A DNA stretch of 52,185 nt, counting the filler, from Stramenopiles sp. TOSAG23-3 (taxonomy: Eukaryota): assembly GCA_900128585.1 (NCBI GenBank). It is 4 parts of 4 records of this genome, joined end to end, with 100 filler letters (N's around TTAATTAATTAA, not from the genome) between each part and the next. Parts side by side here need not be neighbours in the genome. Positions count along the whole stretch, not along the records: positions 24,061 to 47,954 come from LT642313.1; 3 more parts are not named here. One strand, written 5' to 3'. Positions 31,930-43,000 of this stretch are shown here, one piece after another. Under the pieces are notes generated by a model that saw only the letters and a program-made list of their open reading frames with translations, was not told the DNA's origin and searched no databases. Position 1 is the first letter of the stretch. Each line of letters opens with the position of its first letter. A program made the position numbers and the translations under genes.

Positions 31930-32288
31930 TCTTGTTTTTGAGTTGATTTTATTAGGGAGGTTATTTAATAAATGTTTTCAATGTTAAATTGATAAGATTC
32001 TTCTCCGACTTTCACTTTCATAAAACTTAATCCCACTTTCTCTTTTCCTCCGTACGTGTCGAAACTATCCACTTGCCGCGCGTCGAAACCAAATTTGTAT
32101 TTTTTTATTTACAAATCATTTCTTCTTTTTTTATTATTTTTACATAGGAATACAATGGATCATTCAGAAGAAGAAGAAGAAGAAGAAGAAGAAGAAAAAA
32201 AAGAAAAAAGAGAATTTAACATAGACACAGCATACATAAAAACATCAAAATTTTAAGAAGAAGAAAAAAGAAAGAAATATGTAATATT

Positions 32289-32496
32289 AACATAAACACA
32301 GCATAGGGACATTCATTGGAACCCGAATTATTTATATTAAGGTATGTTGATTAATATCCATAGCTTAAATAAGATACAATTAACACTATATTAATATTAA
32401 TTCATGGGTAAACTATTCCTGAAACTAATAAAGGATAGAATTAGGGTTTAAACAAATTGAATGGCTGAAAAGTGAATCCTATGCTGTGTTTATATT
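32289..32496. mobile_element. MITE-like ~205-bp element (family D) bounded by a perfect 16-bp inverted repeat
   Basis: ATAAACACAGCATAGG (32292-32307) and CCTATGCTGTGTTTAT (32478-32493); AT-rich non-coding interior. Confidence 0.5.
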
Positions 32497-32980
32497 GTAC
32501 AATCTGTTCCAATGCTGTGATTGTGTTGTAGTGTTTAATGAATGATAGGATTAGGGTTATAATCTGATTGGATGAATTGATAGGGAAGGTATGCATTGAA
32601 GTGTAGTTATAATTTGTATTGTAATAGGAATGGAATGGAATTTGTGTTTTTTGTATTTAAGTATTGTGTTTAATGATTATGTTTTGTTAATAGGTAGTAA
32701 TAGGATGTAATATTTAAACCTTTTTTGTTTTTGTTTTCTATTGATGTACTTAAATGTTTTAAATACTTCCTAAAGAAGATAAAGTTCTAAAAAATTAGAA
32801 AACCTATATTTTTTAAAGTTACAATGTTTGTTCTGTTACGATATATATAAATTATAAAATAAGGAGGGAACAATACTAATTTTGTTTTTTCATTTCTTCA
32901 CATTTTTTGTTTCATTTAGCCAGCCGAAAAGGTTTTTTTTTAATAGAAACAACCACGTTTTGTTTCATTTTTGGCATTTT

Positions 32981-33667
32981 CTACTCTTCCAAGCGCATGT
33001 ACGCAGTTCCATAGGGCAAGAATTCTGTTTTATGAATGTCGGAAATGTGGCAGTAATTCTCTGCTTCCTTTTGAATCAACGCAGTGTCTTCTTCCGTGAC
33101 GTCTCGGATGAACGCGGCTGGGTTTCCACCCCAGACTTGACCCGATGGGATGCGACGCCCGGGGGGTACTACCGTTCCTGCCTCGACGATCGAATTGGAT
33201 TCGACCAAGGACCCATCCAGCACGACGGCACGGTGGCCGATGAGGCAACTATCCTCTATAACGCACGATGAAAGTACGGCGCCGTCGAGAACAGATACAA
33301 AATTTCCAATCGTTGTGGACGTTGGAAAACCATCCCCAGAAGGCTTGCTAACTTGGACAACGCAGTTGTCCCGAATATTTGTCATGGCACCAATTTTAAT
33401 CTTGTTGCTATCGCCACGCAAAACGGTACCGTACATGATGGAGGACCGGTCCATAACAGTCACGTCACCGATGACTGCTGCGCTCGGGGCTACGAAGGCA
33501 TCTACTGCCACGGTCGGTCGCTTGTCGAATAGGTTCATAACAGTGCGATGGCGTGACCATGTTTCCAAAAAAGTGTAGTCCCCCTGTGCGCGTGCACCCA
33601 AACGGTCTAATGCCTGGCCAGTTTCCCTAAAACATTTGCCAGCCTCGGAAGCTAAGCGACGAAACAT
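32981..33667 (-). CDS. Mitochondrial gamma-carbonic-anhydrase-like subunit of complex I
   Basis: RETGQALDRLG..SRHR N-terminus, FVAPSAAVIGDV hexapeptide repeats, IPSGQVWGGNPAAFIR; the three Zn-ligand His positions are Q/D/S. Confidence 0.9.
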   Translation of the reverse strand: MFRRLASEAGKCFRETGQALDRLGARAQGDYTFLETWSRHRTVMNLFDKRPTVAVDAFVAPSAAVIGDVTVMDRSSIMYGTVLRGDSNKIKIGAMTNIRDNCVVQVSKPSGDGFPTSTTIGNFVSVLDGAVLSSCVIEDSCLIGHRAVVLDGSLVESNSIVEAGTVVPPGRRIPSGQVWGGNPAAFIRDVTEEDTALIQKEAENYCHISDIHKTEFLPYGTAYMRLEE

Positions 33668-33900
33668 TGGTAATGTAGTACTTTGCTAATGACAACGGTA
33701 TACTTTCACGGCCTGAAAACTTGTGGTTGGTCAAGTATGAACGTTCCTGTCGATTGGATGTCTGAGTTGATCTTAATTTCCCTCCTTTCACTTCTAACTA
33801 TGCAACTCTCTCTTTCATTAGGTACTAAATGGAAGAAAATTTAATTTGTTGGCCAAATTTGCTTTTTTTAATTATTGTTTTATTATTTTTTATTATTAAA

Positions 33901-34106
33901 ATAAGAAGAAAGAAAGAAGAAGAAAAGAAAAGAAAAGAAAAGAAAAGAAAAGAAAAGGAAAGAAAAGGAAAGAAGAAAAGAAAAAGGAAAGAAGAAGAAG
34001 AAAGGAAAGAAGAAGAAGAAAGAAAAGAAGAAGAAGAAAGAAAAGAAAAGGAAAGAGAAGGAAAGAAGAAAAGAAAAGGAAAGAGAAGGAAAGAAGAAAA
34101 GAAAGA
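33901..34106 (+). repeat. Polypurine (GAA/GAAAA) tract
   Basis: Essentially only A/G for ~200 nt. Confidence 0.95.
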
Positions 34107-34411
34107 GTTTAAGTACATTTATAAATAGGAAAATATATAATTACATTACATACGGACGGAGCATTTCACCGTTTTAATAGTTTTCATGTATTTCTATCCA
34201 TAGTATTACTATGTAAATTAACTCTGATGGATGAACTTTCGGTTTAATATCCAAACTGATTAGAATATACAATTAGCATAGGAATTGTATTTCTATCGTG
34301 TGTCTATTGTATTTATAGTTATATTTAATATAGTATATATATAATACATAGGTATTAATTAATGTTTGTTTATTTTAATTTTATCAGTTGATCCACTTTT
34401 ATTTAGCTCTC

Positions 34412-34471
34412 CATAGCATTGAACCTCTTTTTACACTTTTTAAGAAGTTCATAGCATTGAACCTCTTTTTA
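34412..34471 (+). repeat. 22-nt direct repeat CATAGCATTGAACCTCTTTTTA x2
   Basis: Copies at 34412-34433 and 34450-34471. Confidence 0.85.
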
Positions 34472-34824
34472 AAATCGGATGCAACAAATTATAAGTATAA
34501 TAATTCGTAAAGTAAAAATATACAAATATATAAATATAAGAATAGCAACTGAAAGACATTCTCACCACTTCCTATTGAAATGTTAATAATAAATAAAATA
34601 TAAACACAGTCTTTGTGCTGTGTATATGTTAAATTTTATTATTTATATCATCTGCTATTTCTATACTATTTAAATTATATATAGCTATACAGTTAGAGAT
34701 GCAACAACTATTTTAGTTAACATTCCAAGAAATAGAAGAAGAAAACATACATAGGAATACCATTAAAATATATGGGAATACAATTAAATTACATAAGGAT
34801 ACGATGGTAATTATTTCCTTTAAA

Positions 34825-34930
34825 TTTCTTCTTCTTTCTTTCTTTCTTTCTTCTTCTTCTTTTCTTTTCTTCCTTCTTCTTCTTCTTCTTCTTTCTTCTT
34901 TCCTCTTCTTCTTCTTTTCTTTCTTCTTCT

Positions 34931-34963
<33 letters not shown>

Positions 34964-35245
34964 TTCTTCTTCTTCTTCTTCTTTTCTTTTCTTTTCTTCT
35001 TCTTCTTCTTCTTCTTTCTTCTTCTTTCTTCTTTCCTCTTCTTCTTCTTTCCTTTTCTTCTTCTTTCTTTTCTTTCTTTTCTTCTTCTTTCTTCTTCTTC
35101 TTCTTCTTCTTCTTTTCTTTTCTTTTCTTTTCTTCTTCTTCTTTCTTCTTCTTCTTCTTCTTCTTCTTCTTCTTTCTTCTCTTTCTTCTTCTTTCTTTTC
35201 TTCTTCTTTCTTCTCTTTCTTCTTCTTTCTTCTTTTCTTTTCTTT
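34825..35245 (+). repeat. Polypyrimidine (CTT/CTTT) tract
   Basis: Essentially only C/T for ~420 nt. Confidence 0.95.
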
Positions 35246-35423
35246 AATTGAACTTTTTAAAAAAAGGGGAAAGAAAAGAAGCGAGTAAAAGAGAGATAAC
35301 AAACACAACTTTGTTTTTAAATAGAACAATATAATTTATTTTAAGTATATATATTCATAGTCTAACTAGAAAAAGCCTCTTTAATCTTTTGATCTACGAG
35401 GAGGACTGGAAAGACAAACTAAA

Positions 35424-35645
35424 CCAAGTCATATAATTAAGGAAATATATTTATAAACATCATGGAGGGAGACATTTTGTTTTAATAAATCCATTGTAGA
35501 TATAGTTATTCATATTAAATCATTTCTTCACATTAAATTATAACTAAATAGAATTAAAAAGTGATATAAAGTATACATAATTTATATAAACACAGAATAT
35601 AATTCTATAGATATTTATATATATCCTTAATGTTAGATTACTTGG
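35424..35645 (+). mobile_element. MITE-like element family C, copy 1 (~220 bp)
   Basis: Aligns end to end with the reverse complement of 44440-44662; identical 26-bp core ATAAATCCATTGTAGATATAGTTATT; imperfect TIR CCAAGTCATATAATTAAGGA / TCCTTAATGTTAGATTACTTGG. Confidence 0.6.
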
Positions 35646-36052
35646 ATCATCTTCTTCTTCTTCCGACCAACCCTCGCCCCTCGCCTCTTCTCGGCGCGCA
35701 CTTTTTATTATTATTTATATATTAACAAAGAAGAAGAAGAAGAAGAAGAAAAAGAAACCGGATTCTTTTTGTTTTTGTCTTTGTGATGGTTATATAATAT
35801 GGAATGTATCCATTCGTGTACTTTTTGAAGAGAGAAGAAAAAAAAAAGAAGAAATCTTAATCCAGTAGGGTGGTCTGGTAAGAGAAAAGAAAAGAAAGGA
35901 GAAGAAAAAAGAAAGACTGATTGCTGCGGGTGTTTATCCCTTTCTTGGCGAGCACGGTAACTTTGAGCGGCACCGGCCACCACAGTGGTAGTACTTCTTC
36001 GGTGTCCCACCAGGCGTATCGATCGATCGATCGTATCGTATCGACACGCTCC

Positions 36053-39000
36053 ATGGGGTGCAACCAATCTGTATCTACTTCAGGGGTCGTGCTGAGGTCC
36101 GAGAATGAGCATGGTTTCATAACCACCCATTCGAGTTTTCGGCGAAAATCGCACCTGAGTTCGTCCAGCAGCGGCAGCAATAGTGGAACCAACAGAGGCT
36201 TGCGGAGCCCGGAGGATATAGTCAACTTCCGTGTACATATTTCTCACGTAAAAGGTCGGAACCTGGTGCCGAAAGATTTCGAAACGTCCGACCCTTACGT
36301 AGTTTTTAAGTGGGGTGAAGAGGAGGAGCACAGGACCGTGTCGATTGGCAGCACGCTGAACCCGGCGTGGGGCGACAAGTTCGACTTTACGTACGCCTGC
36401 CAGTTCGGAGAACTGCGCGAGAAGCACTTGGTTGCCGAAGTGTACGACAAAAACGTCGTAACGGCGGACACGTTCATGGGGCAGGTACATTTTTCTCTCG
36501 CCGACGTCGCCAGGGGCCCCATCCACTACGACGTTGCGCTCGAGGGCGAGCAGTTCGTGGGGCCGGGCCGCGATGGCAAAGAAGATAGCAATAGTCAGCG
36601 TGGTGGCGGGGGACGGCCACGGGTAAACAGCCTGAACTCGTTGCCGGAAAGCAAGCACGGGCGGCTGTCCTTCAACGTCGTGATGCGCCAGCATGGCGAC
36701 TGGCCGATGGCGTTCAAGGGCGCCCGCGTCATCATGTACGAGCAGCACCTGAACCATACCATCAAAACCGAGGCGGACCAAGAGAGGCACCGGAGGCGGT
36801 TTACGTTCCGGTACGACTACTCGGACGAAGCCCACAATAGATTGCTGACCGTGTCCCCGATCGAGCAAGAGGCGGAGAACCCGGTCGAGGAGCTGTGGAC
36901 CATGGTGTGGAAAGGGAAGCACTTGCCCGCGATCGTCCCCGGCAACGACTCTTTCCATGAGATTTTGAAGGGCACGCTGCGGGTTTGCATAACGGACCAC
37001 CGAACGTACTTTAAAGGGAAAATGGTCACGAAGGACGAAATGTGGGGGGAGTGCTGGCTTCAGCTGGACAAGCTGTACTCCCATTCCAAGAGCGACGGGC
37101 TGAACGGAAGCCGAAAGACGAATTTCGAAGAGGCGATATGGTTCCGGGGCGTGAAAGTTGGGATAATCGAGGGCATCTTTGGGTTCTCCTCGACGCCGCT
37201 GGTGGCGCAATTGGTCAGCGGCGTGCGGACGGAGGACGGGATCAGTACGGCCAGCCCTGTGGTCGTTGGCACGAGAAACATGGGCACGCTCCGAAAATTT
37301 TTGTCCAGGGCGGGGTCCCGGACGGAGCTCCCGAAGGCCGCAACGGTCCTTGCAAAGCTGTTTGCCACGGTTCCGAAGCTGCGGACGTACCGGAAGAACA
37401 CTTCGAACTCGGACAAACTCAGGCGAAACTACTTGGGCGTGCTGAAGAACATTTTAGAGCTGGTGAAAGTATCAGAAAAGGATTCCATGGTGTCGTTCGT
37501 GTACCAAACGCAGGACGCCCTGCAAACGACCCAAGAGCTTTTCATTTCGGTCGCCATGTACTTCGTGAAGCAGGTCAAGCACGGGGACTTCACCGAGCAG
37601 CAATTTTACTTTCGCATCGTTCTGTCAATTCTGAGACGGGGCGAGCTAGGTGATCTGGCGCTGCTGGGCTTCGATCCGGTCCAGCCTTCGGCGTTTGACG
37701 GAGACAACAACCTTATAGATGCGAGGGCGCTGGAGATCGTGCTGCAATTGCGCCAACTCCTTGTAAACGCCCTCGCGGGCGTGGTGTCAAAGCTGCGGTT
37801 CGACGGTACAACGAAAGAGTACCTGTCGTACATGTCGCACGTCATTGCCATCTGCATGTTCCGTATCCCAGAATTTGGCGACTGCGTCATTCGCGCGATG
37901 CTGCCGTCTGCCAAGCTGGACAAAGAAATTCCGGAGTGGGAAGAGTCGGGGGGGCGCGTGCACCTGGACAAACTGTCCCACTTGCGCCGCCGCGGCTCGT
38001 GGAGCAAGAACGGTGAAACTCGGGGAGAGACGCGTTCCCGGTCTTGGATGCCTGGTTTAGACGGGGACCCTGTTGTTCTCATGCTGAATTGGACGGACGT
38101 GTCGTCGTATTTGTTGGACAATGAACCAGACAAAATTGAAGAGCAAAACACCGCTTTGCCGAAAACGTGCACCGATCCATCGGAAGTGATCAAGGTGATG
38201 CAAAAACAGGACGGCCTGGAAAAGGACGGCAAGGAGTACACGTTCTCTGGCAACCCAATCGAACGAGACCACTTCAAGAGCATGGAGAAGTACCGGGAGG
38301 CGAGGGTAGCCCGCAGCAAAGAAAGAATCGCGGCGTCGTGGGTGCTGAAGGTGTGCGCCAAGAAGCAGTTGTACTATTTGGTGTGCACGGCTTTCATGGA
38401 AGAAATATTCGACCGCATTGCGGTTGTGAAGAGCGATATAAAATACCACATGATTCCATTTTACACGCATGTTTTGAAATCATTTTTGCTCGAAATGAAG
38501 GGATCCAAAACCCAGAACGATTACTTGATTCGACTTAGCCGTACCATGTTGGCCAACCCGCAAATGATAGGGTGCATGACGACCGTGCTGTTCAACCAAT
38601 GCTCGGTCTATGATATAACGGCCGTGACCGTTGCTCTGAGCAGTGTCCGTTCCTGGGTCGTTGCGATGGGTTCTTGGCACACCCGGAAAACGTACAGTGG
38701 GTTTTCGCTTCAGGGCTTCAACAGGTTTTACCTCCCCTCGTCTTTCGATTTCAACTACTTTTTTGGTGCAATGCATATCTTACTGAAGCCAGGGAACCAT
38801 TCCCAGGTTGTAATCGCTGCGGTGGAATTTTTGTATTCCGTCTGGGACACGCTGCCCCAAGACCGTGCCGACACGTTCGTGCGCTCGTTGCTCGAGAACG
38901 GTTCCATAATAGACCTGATGCTTTTTTGGGAGCGAGAAGTTCGCAACTTTTTTGCTCACGTGTTGGCGTATAGGATTATGCAAAACCAGCACTGGTCCAA

Positions 39001-39859
39001 AGAGGCGGGGAGCCCCGCTGTTGGGTACGAAGATTTCTTAGAAGACGATACCGAAGATCCACTATGGAAGGACATTGATGCGGTCGGCCGGGTGCTGGAC
39101 GGCGACGAGGGCAGCAGGGCCAATGCCGCCCCCGAAAAAATTGTCCACGAGGACGAAGAATACGGAAGGGTGTCGTTTGAATTTGACACCCCGCCAGACG
39201 CCATTTTAAGAAGCGTTCCCAGTCAGCAAAATGACCGGACAGAAGCCCAAAGCCACCTCGGCGCGGGCGGGAGGCGGCCAAGCGGTGCGGAGAAGGAGCA
39301 AGATCGTGACAAGCACCTTGTCAAAGCAATCGCTGCTTTAATGCGGGAAGTCCGTCGACAAATGATTCGTTACGAAGAGGACCGGCAAGAAAAGTACGGA
39401 GATAACGGGTTTTTGAACATGGGCAACAAGGATGCCGCGGACAGCAGACCAGGGGCTCCCAGGGCGACCGAAACTACAAACAGCAAGTATGCGGACGAGT
39501 TCACGCCAGAATCGGAAGCCAACAGGATTCACCGCTTGCCAGGAGGTGAGGCCAAGAATGTACTTTTTGAAAAGGAAACTATCGAACGAGACCGTGCCTT
39601 GCTAAAGGGCGTAGTGACTGGTTATACCATCCCTGAGATAGACCCCCAGCTTCTCGTATACGCAAAGTACGCGTGCCATGAGTACACTGTATGCAGCCGT
39701 GCCACCGAGGAGCTGCTTGAAGAGGTGCAAGACACGCGCTCGGGTCGGCAGAGGTCGGGAAGTTTGATCCCAGTAATTCACCACGTGGCTGTTGTGAAAG
39801 ACAAAGGTGAAATAAAGCCCGCCCTGCAGGTGGAAAAGCTAGATCGCAAGACCCTGTGA
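36053..39859 (+). CDS. C2-domain protein with large helical C-terminal region (possibly DUF1765-like); likely N-acylated
   Basis: First ATG 36053 gives MGCNQS; C2 motifs GRNLVPKDFETSDPYV, TLNPAW, EVYDKNVVTADTFMG; the DUF1765 call is tentative. Confidence 0.8.
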   Translation: MGCNQSVSTSGVVLRSENEHGFITTHSSFRRKSHLSSSSSGSNSGTNRGLRSPEDIVNFRVHISHVKGRNLVPKDFETSDPYVVFKWGEEEEHRTVSIGSTLNPAWGDKFDFTYACQFGELREKHLVAEVYDKNVVTADTFMGQVHFSLADVARGPIHYDVALEGEQFVGPGRDGKEDSNSQRGGGGRPRVNSLNSLPESKHGRLSFNVVMRQHGDWPMAFKGARVIMYEQHLNHTIKTEADQERHRRRFTFRYDYSDEAHNRLLTVSPIEQEAENPVEELWTMVWKGKHLPAIVPGNDSFHEILKGTLRVCITDHRTYFKGKMVTKDEMWGECWLQLDKLYSHSKSDGLNGSRKTNFEEAIWFRGVKVGIIEGIFGFSSTPLVAQLVSGVRTEDGISTASPVVVGTRNMGTLRKFLSRAGSRTELPKAATVLAKLFATVPKLRTYRKNTSNSDKLRRNYLGVLKNILELVKVSEKDSMVSFVYQTQDALQTTQELFISVAMYFVKQVKHGDFTEQQFYFRIVLSILRRGELGDLALLGFDPVQPSAFDGDNNLIDARALEIVLQLRQLLVNALAGVVSKLRFDGTTKEYLSYMSHVIAICMFRIPEFGDCVIRAMLPSAKLDKEIPEWEESGGRVHLDKLSHLRRRGSWSKNGETRGETRSRSWMPGLDGDPVVLMLNWTDVSSYLLDNEPDKIEEQNTALPKTCTDPSEVIKVMQKQDGLEKDGKEYTFSGNPIERDHFKSMEKYREARVARSKERIAASWVLKVCAKKQLYYLVCTAFMEEIFDRIAVVKSDIKYHMIPFYTHVLKSFLLEMKGSKTQNDYLIRLSRTMLANPQMIGCMTTVLFNQCSVYDITAVTVALSSVRSWVVAMGSWHTRKTYSGFSLQGFNRFYLPSSFDFNYFFGAMHILLKPGNHSQVVIAAVEFLYSVWDTLPQDRADTFVRSLLENGSIIDLMLFWEREVRNFFAHVLAYRIMQNQHWSKEAGSPAVGYEDFLEDDTEDPLWKDIDAVGRVLDGDEGSRANAAPEKIVHEDEEYGRVSFEFDTPPDAILRSVPSQQNDRTEAQSHLGAGGRRPSGAEKEQDRDKHLVKAIAALMREVRRQMIRYEEDRQEKYGDNGFLNMGNKDAADSRPGAPRATETTNSKYADEFTPESEANRIHRLPGGEAKNVLFEKETIERDRALLKGVVTGYTIPEIDPQLLVYAKYACHEYTVCSRATEELLEEVQDTRSGRQRSGSLIPVIHHVAVVKDKGEIKPALQVEKLDRKTL

Positions 39860-39869
39860 GATCTAAAAT

Positions 39870-39950
39870 AAAAACAAGAAAATTGGCTGTTATTTAAGTA
39901 ATTAAAATTTTATAATGTACTGCGAATCGAACTGAAATCTAGATTTAGAC
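39870..39950 (-). repeat. Dispersed repeat family A copy
   Basis: Reverse complement aligns over ~80 nt with 51181-51250, including 29 identical nt ATTACTTAAATAACAGCCAATTTTCTTGT. Confidence 0.9.
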
Positions 39951-40028
39951 CATTCTAGTATGAATTACCACAGGCAACCTCTTTTAAAGCAAATCTGCTT
40001 CCTGCATTTTGCATTAAATTCTCTCCCT

Positions 40029-43000
40029 TTACTCTTTACTTTCCCACACCATAACAGGCACCCCCTCGTGAAATAAAACATAACCATCTAAAACTGGCGG
40101 CCCAGCCCCTTCCTCCTTTTGGTGTGTCTCGGTTGCACTGCCGATGTCCCCGGGGTTCGTTGCCGCAGCAGGCTCTGGTTTCAGAACTGTGGGAATGGTC
40201 TCATGTGTAGGGGCTCGTTGGTGAGGCACTTGTTGAGAAATTGAAGCTGTTGTCGGGCTGTCCTCTCTGATTTTATTTATTTCAGCACTTTTTGGACGAA
40301 CTACTTTCTTCCCCTCTTGATACATTGACTCAGTCTTTGGGTGTGGGGATGGACTTCTGCGCTGCTCTTCGACCGGTAGCATAGCCTGTTCTTTGCTTGA
40401 CATTTCAAGGTCTTGCCTTGGGTTATAATATTTCTTCATCGGATTTAAGAACATGTTTCGGAAGTAATCTCCTTCGTCTTCTTCTGAATCATTGCTTGCC
40501 TCGGCAGCCTTTGGTTCAATTGATTTAGTGTGCTTAGCATCTGAATGTCCTTTTTGCACTCTCCTATTTTCGAGGGGGGGCGCCCCTTGCGCATCCTTGT
40601 TGTCAGGTTGTTCTTTACTTGTGCTGGCTCTAGAAAAATTGCTGTCGCTCGGAAGAAACTCCTTCTCTGCCTTGATAAAATCTCCGCGGTAATCATCTCT
40701 CACAAAATCTTCATGCCGGGACATTGGAGTCATGCGCACTTGAATATCTTCGCTTGGGCTGGTCTCCGTATCGCTCCCAACATATTCATCTTGGAGCTCT
40801 CGGTCCCATTTATCTTTCTCCGAACAAGTGTCTGCAAGCATACCGTAAAAATTATTTTCCCAGTTTCTGTCAGCAGTGTTTTGATACTTTTCTAATTCTG
40901 CATTGCGACGTGCTGCAATGCCCGGTGGTAAAGTTGATTGGGGTGGCATGGTATTTGGAGGGGGCAGTAATGGTGGTGGAGGGGGGGGCGGCGGTGCTGG
41001 GCCCGATACGGCTGTGCGCTCTGACGGTGCGGGCAGTAGACTCTGGGCCAGTGCACCATAAAAATCCCAGCTCCAATCCTGGCCGGCGGTATTCTGGTTC
41101 GGTAACTCAAAGCGCTGGAGCTGCATGTCAGGCCCTGCACTTGGGGGTGGTAAAGGGATGGCAACGTTTCGGTCTCTAACCAGGGTGGGGGACAGGACGT
41201 TGTACTTGCGACCAGACGAAGGAGATGTCTCTTCCCCCTTTGCCTCTTTTTGGCCCACCGACCTCTTTTTCATGTTGGCCCGTCTAAGCTTACGCCGATC
41301 CTTGTACCGCGGCTGCCTCGTCCGTGTTTTCCATTCCTGGCCTTCTTTCTCTTCGGCATCTGCGATGGTCTTTTCTAATTCGCTGTTTCGTTTATTTTTC
41401 AACTCTATGGCTTTCCGTGCGTTCGCAGCCGCCCGTTTCTGTTGCCTCATCTTGGCCTTTTCTAACCTTTTCTCAACGGCCAACTTCGCCGCGGCTTCTT
41501 GTTCTGCTATTTCTCTGCGTTTGTCCCTCAACGAACGGTGCTTCTTGTTGTATGCGTCCTTTCGACGTTTTTCAGCTTCTTCTTGGCGCTCTTTCATTCT
41601 TAATATGACCATGCCCTGCCTTTGTGTTATTGGTTTGTTTTCTTCCCGATGAATGCGTTTCAGCTCCTCCATTGAAAGGCGAGCGGGGGCAGAGTTTTTC
41701 TGCGGTGCCCGTAGCCATTCCATGATGGTCTCCGCCAAGTGCATGACCCGCTTGTTGAACTCGCTACTTTTTTTCATAGCTTTCCTCAACTCGGCAGGCC
41801 TGGCGATTTCGTTTGCAATCCACCGGTAAAGATCTTCTTCGCCCACACGACCTTCGCCTCCCCTGCCCGTATTTCTATTCATAATTCGAATCAGTCCCTC
41901 TAAATCGGTTTTGGACGTCGGCATGACCTTCGTTGGGTTCAATTGTTTCATTTCGTAAATTATACCTCGCATCTCCAATACGCCGATGGACCCGTCGTTG
42001 TTGATATCGTAGCGCTTGAAAAACGTTTGGAGTTGGTCTAACTGGCGCTCCTTTTGCCGTTTCATCGTAAGCAATCGCTCCCTTTGTGTTTGTGACGACT
42101 TTGCAAACTTTTCTAAATTTTCACGATTAGTCCGGTTTCTTTCTTCTGCCTCTTCCTCTTCCCTCTGCAGCCGTGCCACCGCACTGCGTTTGGGGGGGTT
42201 CTTCATGTAGCGCATCATGACGTCAAACATTTTGTACAGGCGTGCGTGGAACGGGGACTTGTTCAAAAGTTTGATTTTCTCGTCTGGGCCAACGTCTTTG
42301 TAATGCATGAGAAAGTTGAAAATCTCAACGCCGGAAATGGTGCCATCGCAATCCCGATCGATGAACCGGATCACTTTCTTAATTTCGTTTTTAAGGGGCA
42401 ACTCTGCTGACTTGTCGTATTTTTTCAACCGTTTGATTACCCGCTGTACGTCGTAAGCATCCAGCGGTTCCGCGTCCACGGACGTGTCTAACATTGCGAA
42501 ACAGCAGTTTCGCACATTTTCTTTCTGTCTCTCAACTTGCTTTTGCTTTTGGGTAGACATGGCCAATCGTTTTTCCATGGCCTTTCGTTCCCTGACAAGC
42601 CGTTCTCGGGCAACGTCGTCGTGCTTCTTTTTCTTCTTCTCTGCCGCAAGTTTATCGTTTTCAGACGCATGGCGTAACACTAGTTTGGTCGGGATCTCCC
42701 GGTTCTCTAAAATGTACCCCAATTCGTTCATTGTTTTCCCCGTGACCGTCTTGGAGTTTACTTTTAAGATTACGTCGCCCATTTTCAAAAGTTTCAGGCC
42801 CAAGCGCTTGTTTATCCGAATGACATGGTGCACGTGAGCGGTGCCCTTTTCGAAATGGTCGTCAAAAGAAATGCCAATGTCCCCTTTTCCAAGAACAATT
42901 ACGATTCTTGTCCCCTCCTTCCCTAAATCCCCCAAAGTCTTCTCGGTAAACACAGTCGCCAACGGTTCGTCTTTCTTTTTGGCGGGCCGCTTTGGGGCTT

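Noticed and set aside
33825-35329. Poly-K/E/R and poly-F/L/S ORFs (also near 4894-5206, 28254-28675 and 44862-45095)
   Set aside because: Translations of GAA/CTT microsatellites
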